A stretch of DNA of 62,622 nt, filler included. It is 4 parts of 4 records of this genome, joined end to end, with 100 filler letters (N's around TTAATTAATTAA, not from the genome) between each part and the next. Parts side by side here need not be neighbours in the genome. Positions count along the whole stretch, not along the records: positions 1 to 20,242 come from SRR16203515_300; 3 more parts are not named here. One strand, 5' to 3'. The notes under the pieces were generated by a model that was given only the letters and a program-made list of their open reading frames with translations, had not been told where the DNA came from and did not search any database. This document shows, piece by piece, positions 1-11,075 of this stretch; within the stretch, counting starts at the first letter, position 1; the number at the start of each line of letters is the position of its first letter. The position numbers were made by a program, and so were the translations under genes.

Positions 1-1
1 G

Positions 2-436
2 GCTGCATTAATCGACCTTGATTATCATTTTGACGAGCTTGAGTTGTCATCAGTGTTTGAAAGCGAAGCCGTTGGGTTTGATGGTACTAACTTCCTGAAT
101 ATGGTCGTTGCAGCGCAAACCGAAATGAGCATCGAGCAGGTTGTTAGCTGTTTTAAGCAAATAGAGCAAAATCATGGACGTGTTAAAGGGGCGAAGAAAT
201 TTGCGCCGCGAACACTAGATATCGATCTATTGCTGTATGACGATGTGGTTAGCACATTGCCAATCGAGCTACCTAGAGCCGAAATTCTTTATAATGCCTT
301 TGTATTGTGGCCATTAGCTGAAATTGCTCCTTCTTTGAATCATCCCGTTGTTCAGCAGTCGTATCAAAACCTTTGGGATAATTACGACAAACAACAGCAA
401 TCATTATGGCCAATTGAATTTAATTGGTCTGTGTAA
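2..436 (+). CDS. folK: 2-amino-4-hydroxy-6-hydroxymethyldihydropteridine diphosphokinase (5' partial)
   Basis: Motifs FLNMVV and PRTLDIDLLLY. The frame is open back to position 2, so the start lies before the window. Confidence 0.92.
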   Translation, partial: AALIDLDYHFDELELSSVFESEAVGFDGTNFLNMVVAAQTEMSIEQVVSCFKQIEQNHGRVKGAKKFAPRTLDIDLLLYDDVVSTLPIELPRAEILYNAFVLWPLAEIAPSLNHPVVQQSYQNLWDNYDKQQQSLWPIEFNWSV

Positions 437-460
437 ACCCCACTTTAATTTAGGATAGTT

Positions 461-1261
461 ATGGATACCTTTCAGGTGATTATTTTGGCTCTAATTCAGG
501 GCCTCACCGAGTTTTTGCCAATTTCTAGCTCTGCACACCTTATTTTACCTGCACAATTATTAGGCTGGGAAGATCAAGGCTTATCATTTGATGTTGCAGT
601 CAATACTGGTTCACTGATGGCGGTTGTGATGTATTTTCGCCGTGAGTTGTTCTCTATGTTTACCGCATGGACTGGCAGCATAGCCAGCCGCAAGCAAACT
701 GAAGAAAGTAAGCTAGCTTGGTGGATTATCTTAGCGACTATTCCAGCTGTTATTGTTGGATTTACCGCTAAAGATTTCATTGCAACTCATCTACGTAATA
801 TTGAAGTGATTGCAGCAACCACCATTATTTTTGGTTTACTACTTTGGTGGGCTGACAGAATGCAGCGCCAAGGGTTTAACGAATTTCAAGTGGGCTGGAA
901 AAAGGCGTTAATCATAGGTATTGCACAAGCAATGGCACTTATTCCTGGTACTTCTCGCTCTGGTGCAACGATTACCGCAGCCTTAATGCTAGGTTTGAGT
1001 CGTGAAGCTGCGGCACGTTTCTCTTTTTTAATGTCAGTGCCTGTTAGCTTAGGTGCGGCCATCTTAGTGACTAAAGATTTACTCGAAAGTGGTCAGGTAA
1101 TCGATTATCAGGCGCTTGGTCTAGGCATAGTCGTGTCGTTTATTGCCGCTTATCTTTGTATTCACTATTTCTTAAAAATTATTAGCAAAATGGGCATGAC
1201 TCCATTTGTGATGTATCGCTTAGTGCTAGGTGCAGTGCTTTGTGGTGTGATCTTTCTATAA
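461..1261 (+). CDS. uppP: undecaprenyl-diphosphate phosphatase
   Basis: Motifs [14 protein letters not shown] and PGTSRSGAT; hydrophobic protein. Confidence 0.96.
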   Translation: MDTFQVIILALIQGLTEFLPISSSAHLILPAQLLGWEDQGLSFDVAVNTGSLMAVVMYFRRELFSMFTAWTGSIASRKQTEESKLAWWIILATIPAVIVGFTAKDFIATHLRNIEVIAATTIIFGLLLWWADRMQRQGFNEFQVGWKKALIIGIAQAMALIPGTSRSGATITAALMLGLSREAAARFSFLMSVPVSLGAAILVTKDLLESGQVIDYQALGLGIVVSFIAAYLCIHYFLKIISKMGMTPFVMYRLVLGAVLCGVIFL

Positions 1262-1314
1262 GCTTTGATTGTTTTACTAACATGTAAGTATCAGCTTTTA
1301 ATTATGAGCGTTAA

Positions 1315-2148
1315 ATGAACAGTATTTATCTTTGCCCGGTATGCCAGTCGCCATTTAAGATCCACCAAGAATCAAAAGGCCTGCATTGTGAAAACAAGCA
1401 TCATTTTGATAAGAACGAAAATGGTTACTGGCTATTTAGCCAACCTAAAAAGCCTAAGGCCGATTCCCGTGCAGTAATGCGTGCCAAGCGTTACGTGCTT
1501 GAGTCGGGTATTTATGTGCCACTGGCAGAACGTATGGCAAAAGTGATTGCTGAGTTACCGCAAATTACCTCTGCACAGGCGCTGTCGCAGCTTGATTATG
1601 ATTGTGGCGATGGCTACTTTCTACGAACGTTAAAGACGATTCTTACCGATATAAAGCCTGAGTTGTCATTAGAGCAAACCGGTATATGTGAAGCTGAAAA
1701 TGCGATATTTGCTGCGGCTAAAGCAGAAGCTAGCCCAACTTATATTGTTTCAACGCTAAAACGTCTGCCAGTTGTAAATGAAAGCTTTGATTTAGTGACA
1801 GTGATTGATAAACAGTTAAAGGGCAAAGAGCTGACGCGAGTCCTTAAACAAGGCGGAGTTTTACTGCAAGTTGCTGCTGGCCCACGTCATTTATGGCAAA
1901 TTCGCGAATTTATCTATCCTGATTTATCTGAAAAACCAGTGAGTGAAAACTTACCGAAAGAGCTAGATTTACAGCATAGTGAGCGAATTTCATTGTCTGT
2001 AAGTGTATCGGGTGAGCAAGCGATTGCGTTACTTGAAATGACGCCTTATGCCTGGCGAGCAAACGATAAGGTTCGCCATGAGATCCAGCGAACACAGTTT
2101 GATACATTAGAAATCGACTTCGTTATTAATGTGATGACTAGAAAATAA
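1315..2148 (+). CDS. RlmA-like putative RNA methyltransferase
   Basis: N-terminal Zn finger CPVC...C...HHFD, degenerate SAM motif DCGDGYF, and GPRHLWQIRE and MTPYAW segments. Confidence 0.75.
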   Translation: MNSIYLCPVCQSPFKIHQESKGLHCENKHHFDKNENGYWLFSQPKKPKADSRAVMRAKRYVLESGIYVPLAERMAKVIAELPQITSAQALSQLDYDCGDGYFLRTLKTILTDIKPELSLEQTGICEAENAIFAAAKAEASPTYIVSTLKRLPVVNESFDLVTVIDKQLKGKELTRVLKQGGVLLQVAAGPRHLWQIREFIYPDLSEKPVSENLPKELDLQHSERISLSVSVSGEQAIALLEMTPYAWRANDKVRHEIQRTQFDTLEIDFVINVMTRK

Positions 2149-2200
2149 TTGGCGCACAGGTTAACCTTTGTTTACTTAACTTAATGGAAATCGACTACTG

Positions 2201-3100
2201 ATGATGCGTACTTTGCTGTTGTTCATCTTGGCATTTTTGCCATTGGCTGCATTTGCTAATGTTTACTCTATTCCACAAAATGGCGGCAGGCTTGTTGGCG
2301 AGTTACAAGAGCATGTGGTGCAAAATGGCGATTATTTTCAGACGATTTCCAAGCAATATAACATTGGTATATTGGAGTTAATGGCATCGAACCCTGGCAT
2401 TGATCCATTTTTACCAACACCTGGGACGCGGTTGCTGATCCCTACACAAATGTTATTGCCTGATGTGCCACATAAAGGTGTTGTAATAAACCTAGCTGAG
2501 CTGCGTTTATATTACTTCCCTAAAGATGGTAAAAATGTGCACGTTTTCCCTGTTGGTATCGGGCGCGTTGGTCGTGAAACACCTGAGATGGTGACAAAAA
2601 TTAAATCGCGCATTCCAAATCCAAGCTGGACACCGCCTGCAAGTATTCGCAAAGAACACTTAGAGGAGCGCGGTGAAGTTTTACCACGGGTTGTACCAGC
2701 AGGTCCTGATAATCCACTTGGTAAGTTTGCGATTCAATTGTCTTATGGTGATGGTAGCTACCTAATTCACGGCACCAATAAGGATTTTGGTATCGGCATG
2801 CGTGTGAGTGCTGGTTGTATCCGCTTAAACCCTGACGATATTGAATGGCTGTTCGATAAAGTTCGCTATGGTGAGCAAGTCACTATTATTAACGAGACTG
2901 TTAAAACCTCTGCAGAGCCAGACGGTCGACAGTTAATAGAAGTGCATTCACCTTTATCAACCGCCGATGGTGGTGATAACACCGTGAGAGAGTTAAAACG
3001 TGGTGTTGTTGATTTTATCGGTCAAGATGAAGTGGATTACACCAAAGCTAATGATGCTCTATTAACTCAAGCGGGTATTCCAGTGAATATTCAAAGCTAA
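2201..3100 (+). CDS. L,D-transpeptidase (ErfK/YbiS/YcfS family) with LysM-like domain
   Basis: Signal peptide; motifs GPDNPLG and YLIHGT...SAGCIR. Confidence 0.92.
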   Translation: MMRTLLLFILAFLPLAAFANVYSIPQNGGRLVGELQEHVVQNGDYFQTISKQYNIGILELMASNPGIDPFLPTPGTRLLIPTQMLLPDVPHKGVVINLAELRLYYFPKDGKNVHVFPVGIGRVGRETPEMVTKIKSRIPNPSWTPPASIRKEHLEERGEVLPRVVPAGPDNPLGKFAIQLSYGDGSYLIHGTNKDFGIGMRVSAGCIRLNPDDIEWLFDKVRYGEQVTIINETVKTSAEPDGRQLIEVHSPLSTADGGDNTVRELKRGVVDFIGQDEVDYTKANDALLTQAGIPVNIQS

Positions 3101-3123
3101 TTGCTGCTGGTTAACGACTTATG

Positions 3124-3150
3124 AAAGGCGTCCGTTATGGGCGCTTTTTT
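3124..3150 (+). terminator. intrinsic terminator after L,D-transpeptidase
   Basis: Hairpin aaaggcgtcc-gttat-gggcgc followed by a T run. Confidence 0.7.
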
Positions 3151-3307
3151 GTATCTGAAGGTTACTGATTTAGCTTAGCGTTGAGGAAGTGACTATTGAT
3201 GTAACAGGAGCTGATTGCAGATAAATTTAAGGCTTGGTCAAGTGCAATACCTGAAACCAAGCCTTGGGAGATAGCAGTAATTAAATACGGCTAAGTCCTA
3301 AACGCAA

Positions 3308-3574
3308 TTACTTCTTGTAAGAAGAAGCTACGTTGTCGATACGGTCGTTAGCACGCTGAGCTTCAGCTTGAGCGTCCATAGCAGCTGCTTTAGCATCGTT
3401 GATGTCTGCAGATAGCTTGCCGTGATCTGATTTTAGAGAGCTAACTTCAGCAGAAAGCTGGTCAACTTTGTTACCTAGGTTTGCAACGCTTTCTTCAAGA
3501 GCAGTAGTGTTTGCACAGCCACCTAGAAGGGCAGTCATTGCTACACCAGCAATCATAAGTACTTTTTTATTCAT
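3308..3574 (-). CDS. lpp: major outer-membrane lipoprotein Lpp/OprI family
   Basis: Lipobox LGGC, heptad coiled coil, AQRANDRIDN, C-terminal YKK. Confidence 0.9.
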   Translation of the reverse strand: MNKKVLMIAGVAMTALLGGCANTTALEESVANLGNKVDQLSAEVSSLKSDHGKLSADINDAKAAAMDAQAEAQRANDRIDNVASSYKK

Positions 3575-3792
3575 CGGGAATTCCCTTTATATAGGTTGGT
3601 TTAAATAAGCACAGCTGCACATTACAACTGAACTAGTTAATTATGTCATAGACAAAAATTTTTGCTATGCATTTTAACGCTAAGGCCTGAATAACTTAGC
3701 GAAAATTTGAGCAATTGCAAGGTAAGTGTAAATTTACCATTATTAACACACCTCTAATATTAGACTATAAATGTGAACCTTTGATGAGTTTT

Positions 3793-5043
3793 TTATTGGC
3801 CCCCACTTTGATGTAAGTCTTTGTACGCTTGAACTGCAGCCACACGGGCAATATTTAGTTGGGTTCTAATCGCTGCGCCCTGATGACCCTCGGCAATGAT
3901 AGATTTAATATCAACAGCGCTTGCTAACCTAAAACATTGTTGTAAATAATCAGCTTGCGGATAAGGCTTTTGTTCTAAGCCTGTACGACCTTTACTGTCG
4001 GCCTCGCAGGCGATCAATAACTGTTTAAGACGCTGAGGTTTGCGCCAAAAATCTGCTTTATCAAAGATTTTTACTAGGGTTTCAGCTCTTAACTCGGTCA
4101 CGTTATGAATATTCTGATGCTGATCGCTGACCAGCAGCGCCAAATCACGATATTCGTTTGGAATACGGTAACGTGTGCACAAATTTTTGATCAGCGGTAA
4201 GCCTTTTTGTCCATGACCGTGATGTTTAGGTAAATGCTCCTTGGGACTAAGTGCCTTACCTAAGTCATGCACCAGTGCTGCAAACTTAACGGCATTATCG
4301 TCACTTAGTTTTGCTGCTTGTTCTAGCACCATTAAAGTGTGAATACCCGTATCTATTTCTGGATGCCACTTTTCGGGTTGGGGAACACCAAATAGTGCGT
4401 CAATCTCAGGAAATAGCACTTTGAGTGCGCCGCATTGTTTTAAGATTTGAAAAAACACCTGTGGGCTGGCGGTCGATAGTGCTTTATCGAGTTCGACATA
4501 AACTCGCTCAGCCGTTAAGGCTTCAAGTTCACCACTTTGGCTCAACTTGCTCATAAGCTCCAGTGTCTCTGCTGCAATAGTAAAACCAAGTGAGTGGAAG
4601 CGTGCTGCAAAACGAGCTACGCGCAATACTCGCAGTGGATCTTCGACAAAAGCGTCTGAAACGTGCCTTAAGGTGCGGTTCTCTATATCGCCAATGCCAT
4701 TATAAGGGTCGTAGAGGTTACCTTGATCATCTTGAGCAATGGCATTTACGGTTAAATCGCGGCGCAATAGATCTTGCTCAAGAGTAACATGAGGGGCGGC
4801 ATCGACACTGAATCCACCATAGCCAGCTGCGGTTTTACGTTCAGTGCGTGCTAATGCATACTCTTGGCTGGTTTTAGGGTGTAAAAATACCGGGAAATCT
4901 TTGCCTACTTGAGTAAACCCTTTGGCTAGCATTTGCTCGGGCGTTGCCCCCACAACCATATAGTCATGATCTTTTACATCAAGATTAAGTAACTTATCGC
5001 GGACAGCACCGCCAACTAGATAGATTTTCACTGGATTTCTCAC
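3793..5043 (-). CDS. cca: multifunctional CCA tRNA nucleotidyltransferase (start may be GTG at 5031)
   Basis: Motifs [22 protein letters not shown] and EDPLRVLR, plus HD domain. Confidence 0.96.
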   Translation of the reverse strand: MRNPVKIYLVGGAVRDKLLNLDVKDHDYMVVGATPEQMLAKGFTQVGKDFPVFLHPKTSQEYALARTERKTAAGYGGFSVDAAPHVTLEQDLLRRDLTVNAIAQDDQGNLYDPYNGIGDIENRTLRHVSDAFVEDPLRVLRVARFAARFHSLGFTIAAETLELMSKLSQSGELEALTAERVYVELDKALSTASPQVFFQILKQCGALKVLFPEIDALFGVPQPEKWHPEIDTGIHTLMVLEQAAKLSDDNAVKFAALVHDLGKALSPKEHLPKHHGHGQKGLPLIKNLCTRYRIPNEYRDLALLVSDQHQNIHNVTELRAETLVKIFDKADFWRKPQRLKQLLIACEADSKGRTGLEQKPYPQADYLQQCFRLASAVDIKSIIAEGHQGAAIRTQLNIARVAAVQAYKDLHQSGGQ

Positions 5044-5363
5044 TTAATAACAGTCTGCTGAGTGTAACATGGCTTAGTGTTATATTCGTGGCTAAGTCGA
5101 TGCAATTAGCACAGATAAAATGCCAATAAGAGGCAATAAATCGGGCGCTATTTGCTATTATGTCGAGTTTAGCTGATTAAGTTACTGCAAATTTTGACAA
5201 GCTAAGTATAGGGCTTTAACGTGAGCCTACTATTGTCGATAGTGGCATTTAACTGGGGATAGCAGTAGGTTTTAAAGTCGCCCAGTAATGATATTGACTG
5301 GCAAATAAAAATTCCGAGCGTTTTACAATCGGAGTCCATGGTTTTAAAAGGATAAAAGCTCGC

Positions 5364-6977
5364 ATGTATAAGGCTTTCTTTGGCTTAAATGATAATCCGT
5401 TTTCTATTGCACCGAATCCTCATTACCTATTTTTGAGTGATCGCCATAGAGAAGCATTAGCGCATCTAACATATGGCCTAGGTGAAACCGGTGGTTTTGT
5501 ATTGTTAACCGGAGAAGTGGGGACAGGTAAAACCACAGTATCGCGCTGCCTATTAAAGCAACTGCCAGAAAATACCGATACAGCGTTTATCTTAAATCCT
5601 TCTTTGACTGAGTCAGAGCTGTTAGCAACGTTATGCGATGAGCTAGGGATTGTTTATGGCGACGAGCCAAGCCTTAAACAGCTAACGGATTTGATCAGTA
5701 AATTCCTATTAGAAAACCACAGCAAAGACCGTAACACTGTGCTGATTATTGATGAAGCGCAGCATCTTAGGGCTGAAGTACTAGAGCAGCTAAGATTGCT
5801 TACTAATCTAGAAACAGACACTAAAAAGCTGCTGCAGGTGATTTTGATTGGCCAGCCAGAACTGCAGCAATTACTTAAGCGCCAAGAGCTTCGTCAATTG
5901 GCGCAACGCATTACAGCGCGTTACCACCTGTTGCCACTAACTATTGAAGAGGTGGCGTTATATGTGCAGCATCGTCTGCAAGTCGCCGGGCGTCATGAGC
6001 CGCTATTTCATAAGAGTGCCATTAAAGCACTGCACAAATACAGTGGCGGTATTCCACGCTTAATCAACTTGTTGTGTGAACGAGCATTGATGGCAAGTTA
6101 TGCCCAATCTAAAGTGCCGATTGACAATAAAATGGTGCGATTGGCCTCGGTGGAAGTATTAGGCGAAGAGCCTAAGCAAAACAATATGTTAAAACCAGCA
6201 GCAATTGCAGCCTCGTTAGTCGTCACCTTTGGCGCTGCTTTGTACGCGTTTATGCCTAACAACAATCAAGTAGCAAGTGCTGGTAATACTGCTGAGCAAA
6301 GTCAGCCTGCTCCGCAATTAACTCAGCAGGATAAAGTACCAAAGCAAGTACTCAGTAGTAGCCAACAAGTGCTCAATAGCGCCATTTCACAAAGCCGAGA
6401 AATAGCCACCGCTTACGCCAGCATTTTAGGTTTATGGGATAAGGTGCCATATATTGGTTTATCGGCCTGTCAGTCCGCTAAGCAACAAAGTTTAGCTTGC
6501 TTTCAGCAGCAGGGTAACTGGCATTCATTAGTTCGTTTAAATTATCCGGCAGTGGTTTATCTTGCCGATGATAATAACCAAGCGTTTTACGGCACGATTG
6601 TTTCAAGACAGGGCGAGCAAGTGCTACTGCAACTTAATGAGCAACAGTTATGGGTTAGTCGAGATTGGTTTAATCGCCACTTTACCGGAACCTTTGAAAT
6701 ACTGTGGCAGGCACCAACGAATCAACCTAAAGAGATTGGGCAATCAGCAAATCCGGCGCAAATTCAATGGCTAGAGAATAGTTTAGCGCGAGTGACTGAT
6801 ACATCTCCGAGATTGGTTAATCGTTTTGATGCTGAGCTTGAGCAGAAACTGAAAGACTTTCAACGTCAACATGGCTTAATTGCCGATGGTATTGCTGGTA
6901 GCCAAACATTGGTGCAGCTTAATTTGTATTTAAGTGATGCAGGTCCGCGCTTAGGACAAAGTAAGAGGTTGTATTAA
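5364..6977 (+). CDS. exeA: T2SS accessory ATPase ExeA/GspA with C-terminal peptidoglycan-binding domain
   Basis: Walker A GEVGTGKTT, IIDEAQ, a TM segment, and FQRQHGLIADGIAG. Confidence 0.92.
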   Translation: MYKAFFGLNDNPFSIAPNPHYLFLSDRHREALAHLTYGLGETGGFVLLTGEVGTGKTTVSRCLLKQLPENTDTAFILNPSLTESELLATLCDELGIVYGDEPSLKQLTDLISKFLLENHSKDRNTVLIIDEAQHLRAEVLEQLRLLTNLETDTKKLLQVILIGQPELQQLLKRQELRQLAQRITARYHLLPLTIEEVALYVQHRLQVAGRHEPLFHKSAIKALHKYSGGIPRLINLLCERALMASYAQSKVPIDNKMVRLASVEVLGEEPKQNNMLKPAAIAASLVVTFGAALYAFMPNNNQVASAGNTAEQSQPAPQLTQQDKVPKQVLSSSQQVLNSAISQSREIATAYASILGLWDKVPYIGLSACQSAKQQSLACFQQQGNWHSLVRLNYPAVVYLADDNNQAFYGTIVSRQGEQVLLQLNEQQLWVSRDWFNRHFTGTFEILWQAPTNQPKEIGQSANPAQIQWLENSLARVTDTSPRLVNRFDAELEQKLKDFQRQHGLIADGIAGSQTLVQLNLYLSDAGPRLGQSKRLY

Positions 6978-7984
6978 TGTCGATTTTACTCGATGCGGTG
7001 ACTCGAGATAAGCAACAATCTCAAGTCAATAATCACGATGTAGTACTCACTCCGCGTGCAGCTTATAAAGCTAAGCAGCAGGGTGGTTATAACATCAAGG
7101 CGCTGATTATTTATGGTCTGTCGTTACTGTTTATGGTGTTAGCAGCTTGGTTATTAAGCCTTGCGCTTTATCCTAGCGATAAAAACACTACAAATAACAA
7201 GCAGACTCAAACGTCGATAAGCACAGCCGTTGACAGTGCACAAAAGCGTGAGCAAACAATTAGCTCAGCGCAACCGACTGATGAAGTTCGTTTGGCTGGT
7301 AAAGTGGCATTGCCAATGGCGCAAACTCTAACGCCACAAGCCCATAATCAAAGGAGAATGATTGGGAATGATAACCAAGCACCAGTCAGCTCAAATGATT
7401 CATTGAGAAATGCTTTATTGGCTGCAGAAGCCTCGGTTACGAGTGCTGAAAATACAGATACCAACGGTAACGATAGTTCAGTGAGCAACTCAATGTCTGA
7501 GGATGGTGCAAGCGAGCCTATCATTCTTGGGGCAAACAGTAACAAACGAGGCGATGAGTTACTTGAGTCACTTAAATATCAAGTAGAGCATGCCGCCAAT
7601 GATGTTGGCTTAGAGACCACAGAACCTAGTGACAATAATAATTTATTGGCAGCATTTGAAGCTGCACTAAAAGAAGTTGAGCGAGAAAAGGCGGTTGAAA
7701 CTCCGGTAACAGAGGCAAAGCTTGACCCCATTCCTACAACGCCAAAGTCTGATGATATTCCTAAATATGGTCAATTGCCTGCCGGATTACAGCTACAGGT
7801 GCCAGAGTTCAATATTAACGCCCATGTATACTCTAGTGTGGCCGATAACCGATGGTTAAATGTTGATGGCGCAGAGTTGCAAGAGGGCGATAGTATTCAA
7901 GGTAAGTTAACCATTGTTGAGATAAGGCCAAGAGACGTGGTGTTAGCGATACAAGGCACAGAGTTTAAAGTACCTGCAATCTAG
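6977..7984 (+). CDS. exeB: T2SS accessory protein ExeB/GspB
   Basis: MSILLDA start coupled to exeA, one TM helix, C-terminal HVYSS...LQEGD...IVEIRP domain. Confidence 0.85.
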   Translation: MSILLDAVTRDKQQSQVNNHDVVLTPRAAYKAKQQGGYNIKALIIYGLSLLFMVLAAWLLSLALYPSDKNTTNNKQTQTSISTAVDSAQKREQTISSAQPTDEVRLAGKVALPMAQTLTPQAHNQRRMIGNDNQAPVSSNDSLRNALLAAEASVTSAENTDTNGNDSSVSNSMSEDGASEPIILGANSNKRGDELLESLKYQVEHAANDVGLETTEPSDNNNLLAAFEAALKEVEREKAVETPVTEAKLDPIPTTPKSDDIPKYGQLPAGLQLQVPEFNINAHVYSSVADNRWLNVDGAELQEGDSIQGKLTIVEIRPRDVVLAIQGTEFKVPAI

Positions 7985-8019
7985 AGTAACGCGCATATAA
8001 ACCAATGTGCAGTATTAAC

Positions 8020-8049
8020 AAAAAGGCCTAACTCACGTTAGGCCTTTTG
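8020..8049. terminator. bidirectional terminator exeB/nhaD
   Basis: aaaaaggcctaac-tcac-gttaggcctttt. Confidence 0.8.
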
Positions 8050-8072
8050 TGTTTTAGCGTTTGTAGTGTCGC

Positions 8073-9332
8073 TTAATTATACAAGTAATATGCTAAAAAC
8101 AGGGTTAAGCCATAGCCAATGCTGTAGCAAAGGCTGAGCGCGGGTACATATTTAAGGTAACTGACAAAAGTGAGCTCTTTAACTTTGCTCATAGCAATAA
8201 TACCTGCAGCAGAACCAATCACTAATAAAGAACCGCCAACACCTACCGCATAAGTGAGCCCTAACCATTCAGGCGTGTTGAGTACAGGTTCAGCTTTTAA
8301 CAATGCAGCAGTGAGCGGCACGTTATCTAATAGCGCAGAGCCAATACCTGCAACAAAGTTAGAGATATTTGGATCGTATTGGGCATAAACTTGAGCAAGC
8401 AAATCAAGGGTACCAATTTCTTTGAGCATGCCGACTAACAATAAAATACCTAAGAAAAATAGTAATGTGTCGTACTCAACTTGGCGAATATACTCAAGAA
8501 TTTGCAGCTCCTCTTTATCACTTCTCGTTGTGTGACCCACTAAAAACATCACCGAAAGGCCCGTTAAGAAAGTCAAAACCGGTGGGATCCCAAATAAGAT
8601 ATTGAGCGCCATTGTCATGACAATAGTGGTAAAGAAGATCACCGCAATGAGTATATCAACTGACCGTACTTGCTTAGTGATAGGGCTGGTACTGACTTCA
8701 CCTTCTGCTTTAAGCGAAAATAATACTGCTAATAACATGACGCTGATGGCAGCTGGCACAAATAGCATTAGCAATTCTGACATACCGACATGACCGCCTA
8801 GGAAAATCATTAAGGTGGTCACATCACCGGTAATCAAAGCAACGCCACCAGAGTTAACGGCAAAGATAATCAGTACGGCCATGCGCCTACGTATGTGCTT
8901 ATCGAGTTTAAAGGTTGTGAGTAAGCCAAGTGAGACTAAAGTTGCGGTAACATTGTCACAAATGGCCGACAAGACCAGCGAAAACATCGCGACTTGTATC
9001 ATCAACATACGTACAGATACGCGCTGGGGAAACAGCTTTTGCACCAAGATTTGAATCATCCCCTTGGCATTAAGATAGGCGACAAAGGTCATTGTCGACA
9101 TTAAGAATAGCCAAAGAGTAGCAATTTCTAAAAGGTTTTCATTGAGCTGGTGTTCGACGAGCTTTTCATGGCTTGGATCGCCAGCAGCGATGAATAACGT
9201 GATCCAAGAGATACAGCCAAAGAACAAGGTGGTTTTTGCTTTATTGAGGTGGGTGATCTCTTCAAACACAATACTTAACAGAGCCAGTACCGCGAGTGAA
9301 ATTAAAAATGCGTACAACATAGGGCTACTCAC
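8073..9332 (-). CDS. nhaD: NhaD-type Na+/H+ antiporter (IT superfamily)
   Basis: Motifs DNVTAT, GDVTT, DNVPLTAA and GGSLLVIGSAAG; many TM helices. Confidence 0.8.
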   Translation of the reverse strand: MSSPMLYAFLISLAVLALLSIVFEEITHLNKAKTTLFFGCISWITLFIAAGDPSHEKLVEHQLNENLLEIATLWLFLMSTMTFVAYLNAKGMIQILVQKLFPQRVSVRMLMIQVAMFSLVLSAICDNVTATLVSLGLLTTFKLDKHIRRRMAVLIIFAVNSGGVALITGDVTTLMIFLGGHVGMSELLMLFVPAAISVMLLAVLFSLKAEGEVSTSPITKQVRSVDILIAVIFFTTIVMTMALNILFGIPPVLTFLTGLSVMFLVGHTTRSDKEELQILEYIRQVEYDTLLFFLGILLLVGMLKEIGTLDLLAQVYAQYDPNISNFVAGIGSALLDNVPLTAALLKAEPVLNTPEWLGLTYAVGVGGSLLVIGSAAGIIAMSKVKELTFVSYLKYVPALSLCYSIGYGLTLFLAYYLYN

Positions 9333-9686
9333 ATTGGTGATGTTATGACGTACCTAAACTTATGTTGGGTCGCCAATTTAAGTTTATTTTAAGGTTGAGC
9401 GGCGAGATCAAACCACAGTGATGCTGTGATAACAACTGTTAACTAAGTCTGTTTTTGTTATTAATTGTGATCTAAGGCTGATTTGAGGTGTGTTCTACGG
9501 AGTTTTAAACTTAATTAGTTCGCTTTGTTAGTTGTTAATTTCATCATGGTTAAGCTATTGCTAATTTTATAGCACTTAGTAACGAAATGAGTATAAAACG
9601 GAAAATAATTAAGGGAGCAAGGTTCTGTTGCTGTTGTTTGGCGAAATTATACCGACAGGTATAACGCTTTTGAGTGCAGCGGATAT

Positions 9687-9715
9687 AAAAAAGGAACACT
9701 AATAAGTGTTCCTTT
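9687..9715 (-). terminator. terminator after hemL
   Basis: aaaaaaggaacact-aata-agtgttccttt. Confidence 0.75.
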
Positions 9716-9759
9716 GATGTTTTCAGCTATTAGGTTTTAGGCTATCAGCCTTAACCTAA

Positions 9760-11049
9760 TTAAGCCTTAGCAAGCTTAGCAAATACGCGATCAGCAGCTG
9801 CTAGTGTCGCTTCAAGCTCTTCTTCGCCATGAGCAAGTGATAAGAAACCTGCTTCATAAGCGCTAGGAGCAAGGTAAACACCCTCATCTAGCATTAGGTG
9901 GTAGAACTCAGCAAATAGTGCAGTATCACACTTAGTCACTTGAGCAAAGTTAGTTACAGTTTCTTCGCTGGTGAAGAAGAAACCGAACATGCCACCAACG
10001 TAGTTGATTGCCATTGGAATGCCGTGCTTGTTAGCCGCAGCTTTAAAGCCTTCAGCAATGTACTGAGTCTTAGCTGCTAGTTGCTCGTAAACACCTTCTT
10101 CGCAAAGTGCTTCCATTTGGGCAAGACCTGCAGACATCGCAATTGGGTTACCTGACAGTGTACCTGCTTGGTAAACAGGGCCTGTTGGTGCGATAAACTG
10201 CATGACATCTTTACGACCACCGAAAGCACCGACTGGCATACCGCCACCGATAACTTTACCTAGGGTAGTTAGATCAGGCGTTACGCCGTAGTGACCTTGT
10301 GCGCCGCTCTTAGATACGCGGAAACCTGTCATTACTTCGTCGATAATCATTAGTGCGCCGTACTGATCACAGATCGCGCGTAGACCTTGTAAGAAACCGT
10401 CGATTGGCGGAATGCAGTTCATGTTGCCTGCAACTGGCTCGATGATGATACAAGAGATCTCTTCTGGGTACTGCTCGAAGATAGTCTTAACAGATTCTAA
10501 ATCGTTGTAAGTTGCTGTTAGCGTATGCTTAGCAAAATCTTCAGGAATACCTGGAGAGCTTGGCTGACCAAGAGTAAGTGCACCAGAACCTGCTTTTACT
10601 AGTAGACAGTCAGCGTGACCGTGGTAACAGCCTTCAAACTTAAGGATTTTGTCACGATTAGTGAAACCACGTGCTAGACGAATAGCACTCATAGTAGCTT
10701 CAGTACCTGAACTCACCATACGAACTTGCTCCATTGAAGGAACCATTTCGATAACTTTTTCAGCCATAGTGACTTCAAGTTCAGTTGGTGCGCCAAAAGA
10801 TAGGCCATTTTCAACTGCTTTTAATACCGCTTCACGAATTTTAGGGTGGTTGTGACCTAAAATCATTGGGCCCCAAGAACCTACGTAGTCGATATATTTT
10901 TTGCCATCAGCGTCAAAAATATAAGCACCATCTGCTTTTTCAATAAAGCGTGGCGATCCACCTACACCAGAAAATGCACGTACTGGAGAGTTAACGCCAC
11001 CTGGGATGGTCTTTTTAGCTTGTTCAAATAGTTCGTCAGAACGAGTCAT
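9760..11049 (-). CDS. hemL: glutamate-1-semialdehyde 2,1-aminomutase
   Basis: Motifs [28 protein letters not shown] and [10 protein letters not shown]. Confidence 0.97.
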   Translation of the reverse strand: MTRSDELFEQAKKTIPGGVNSPVRAFSGVGGSPRFIEKADGAYIFDADGKKYIDYVGSWGPMILGHNHPKIREAVLKAVENGLSFGAPTELEVTMAEKVIEMVPSMEQVRMVSSGTEATMSAIRLARGFTNRDKILKFEGCYHGHADCLLVKAGSGALTLGQPSSPGIPEDFAKHTLTATYNDLESVKTIFEQYPEEISCIIIEPVAGNMNCIPPIDGFLQGLRAICDQYGALMIIDEVMTGFRVSKSGAQGHYGVTPDLTTLGKVIGGGMPVGAFGGRKDVMQFIAPTGPVYQAGTLSGNPIAMSAGLAQMEALCEEGVYEQLAAKTQYIAEGFKAAANKHGIPMAINYVGGMFGFFFTSEETVTNFAQVTKCDTALFAEFYHLMLDEGVYLAPSAYEAGFLSLAHGEEELEATLAAADRVFAKLAKA

Positions 11050-11075
11050 TTTTAATCCTTAAATTTGTAGCCGAC

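Noticed and set aside
2201-3574. L,D-transpeptidase adjacent to lpp
   Set aside because: Well-known enzyme/substrate pairing (Lpp C-terminal Lys anchoring to peptidoglycan); not novel.
9340-9440. Possible Na+/Li+ riboswitch upstream of nhaD
   Set aside because: Only short scattered complementarity; I could not match a known consensus in the correct orientation.
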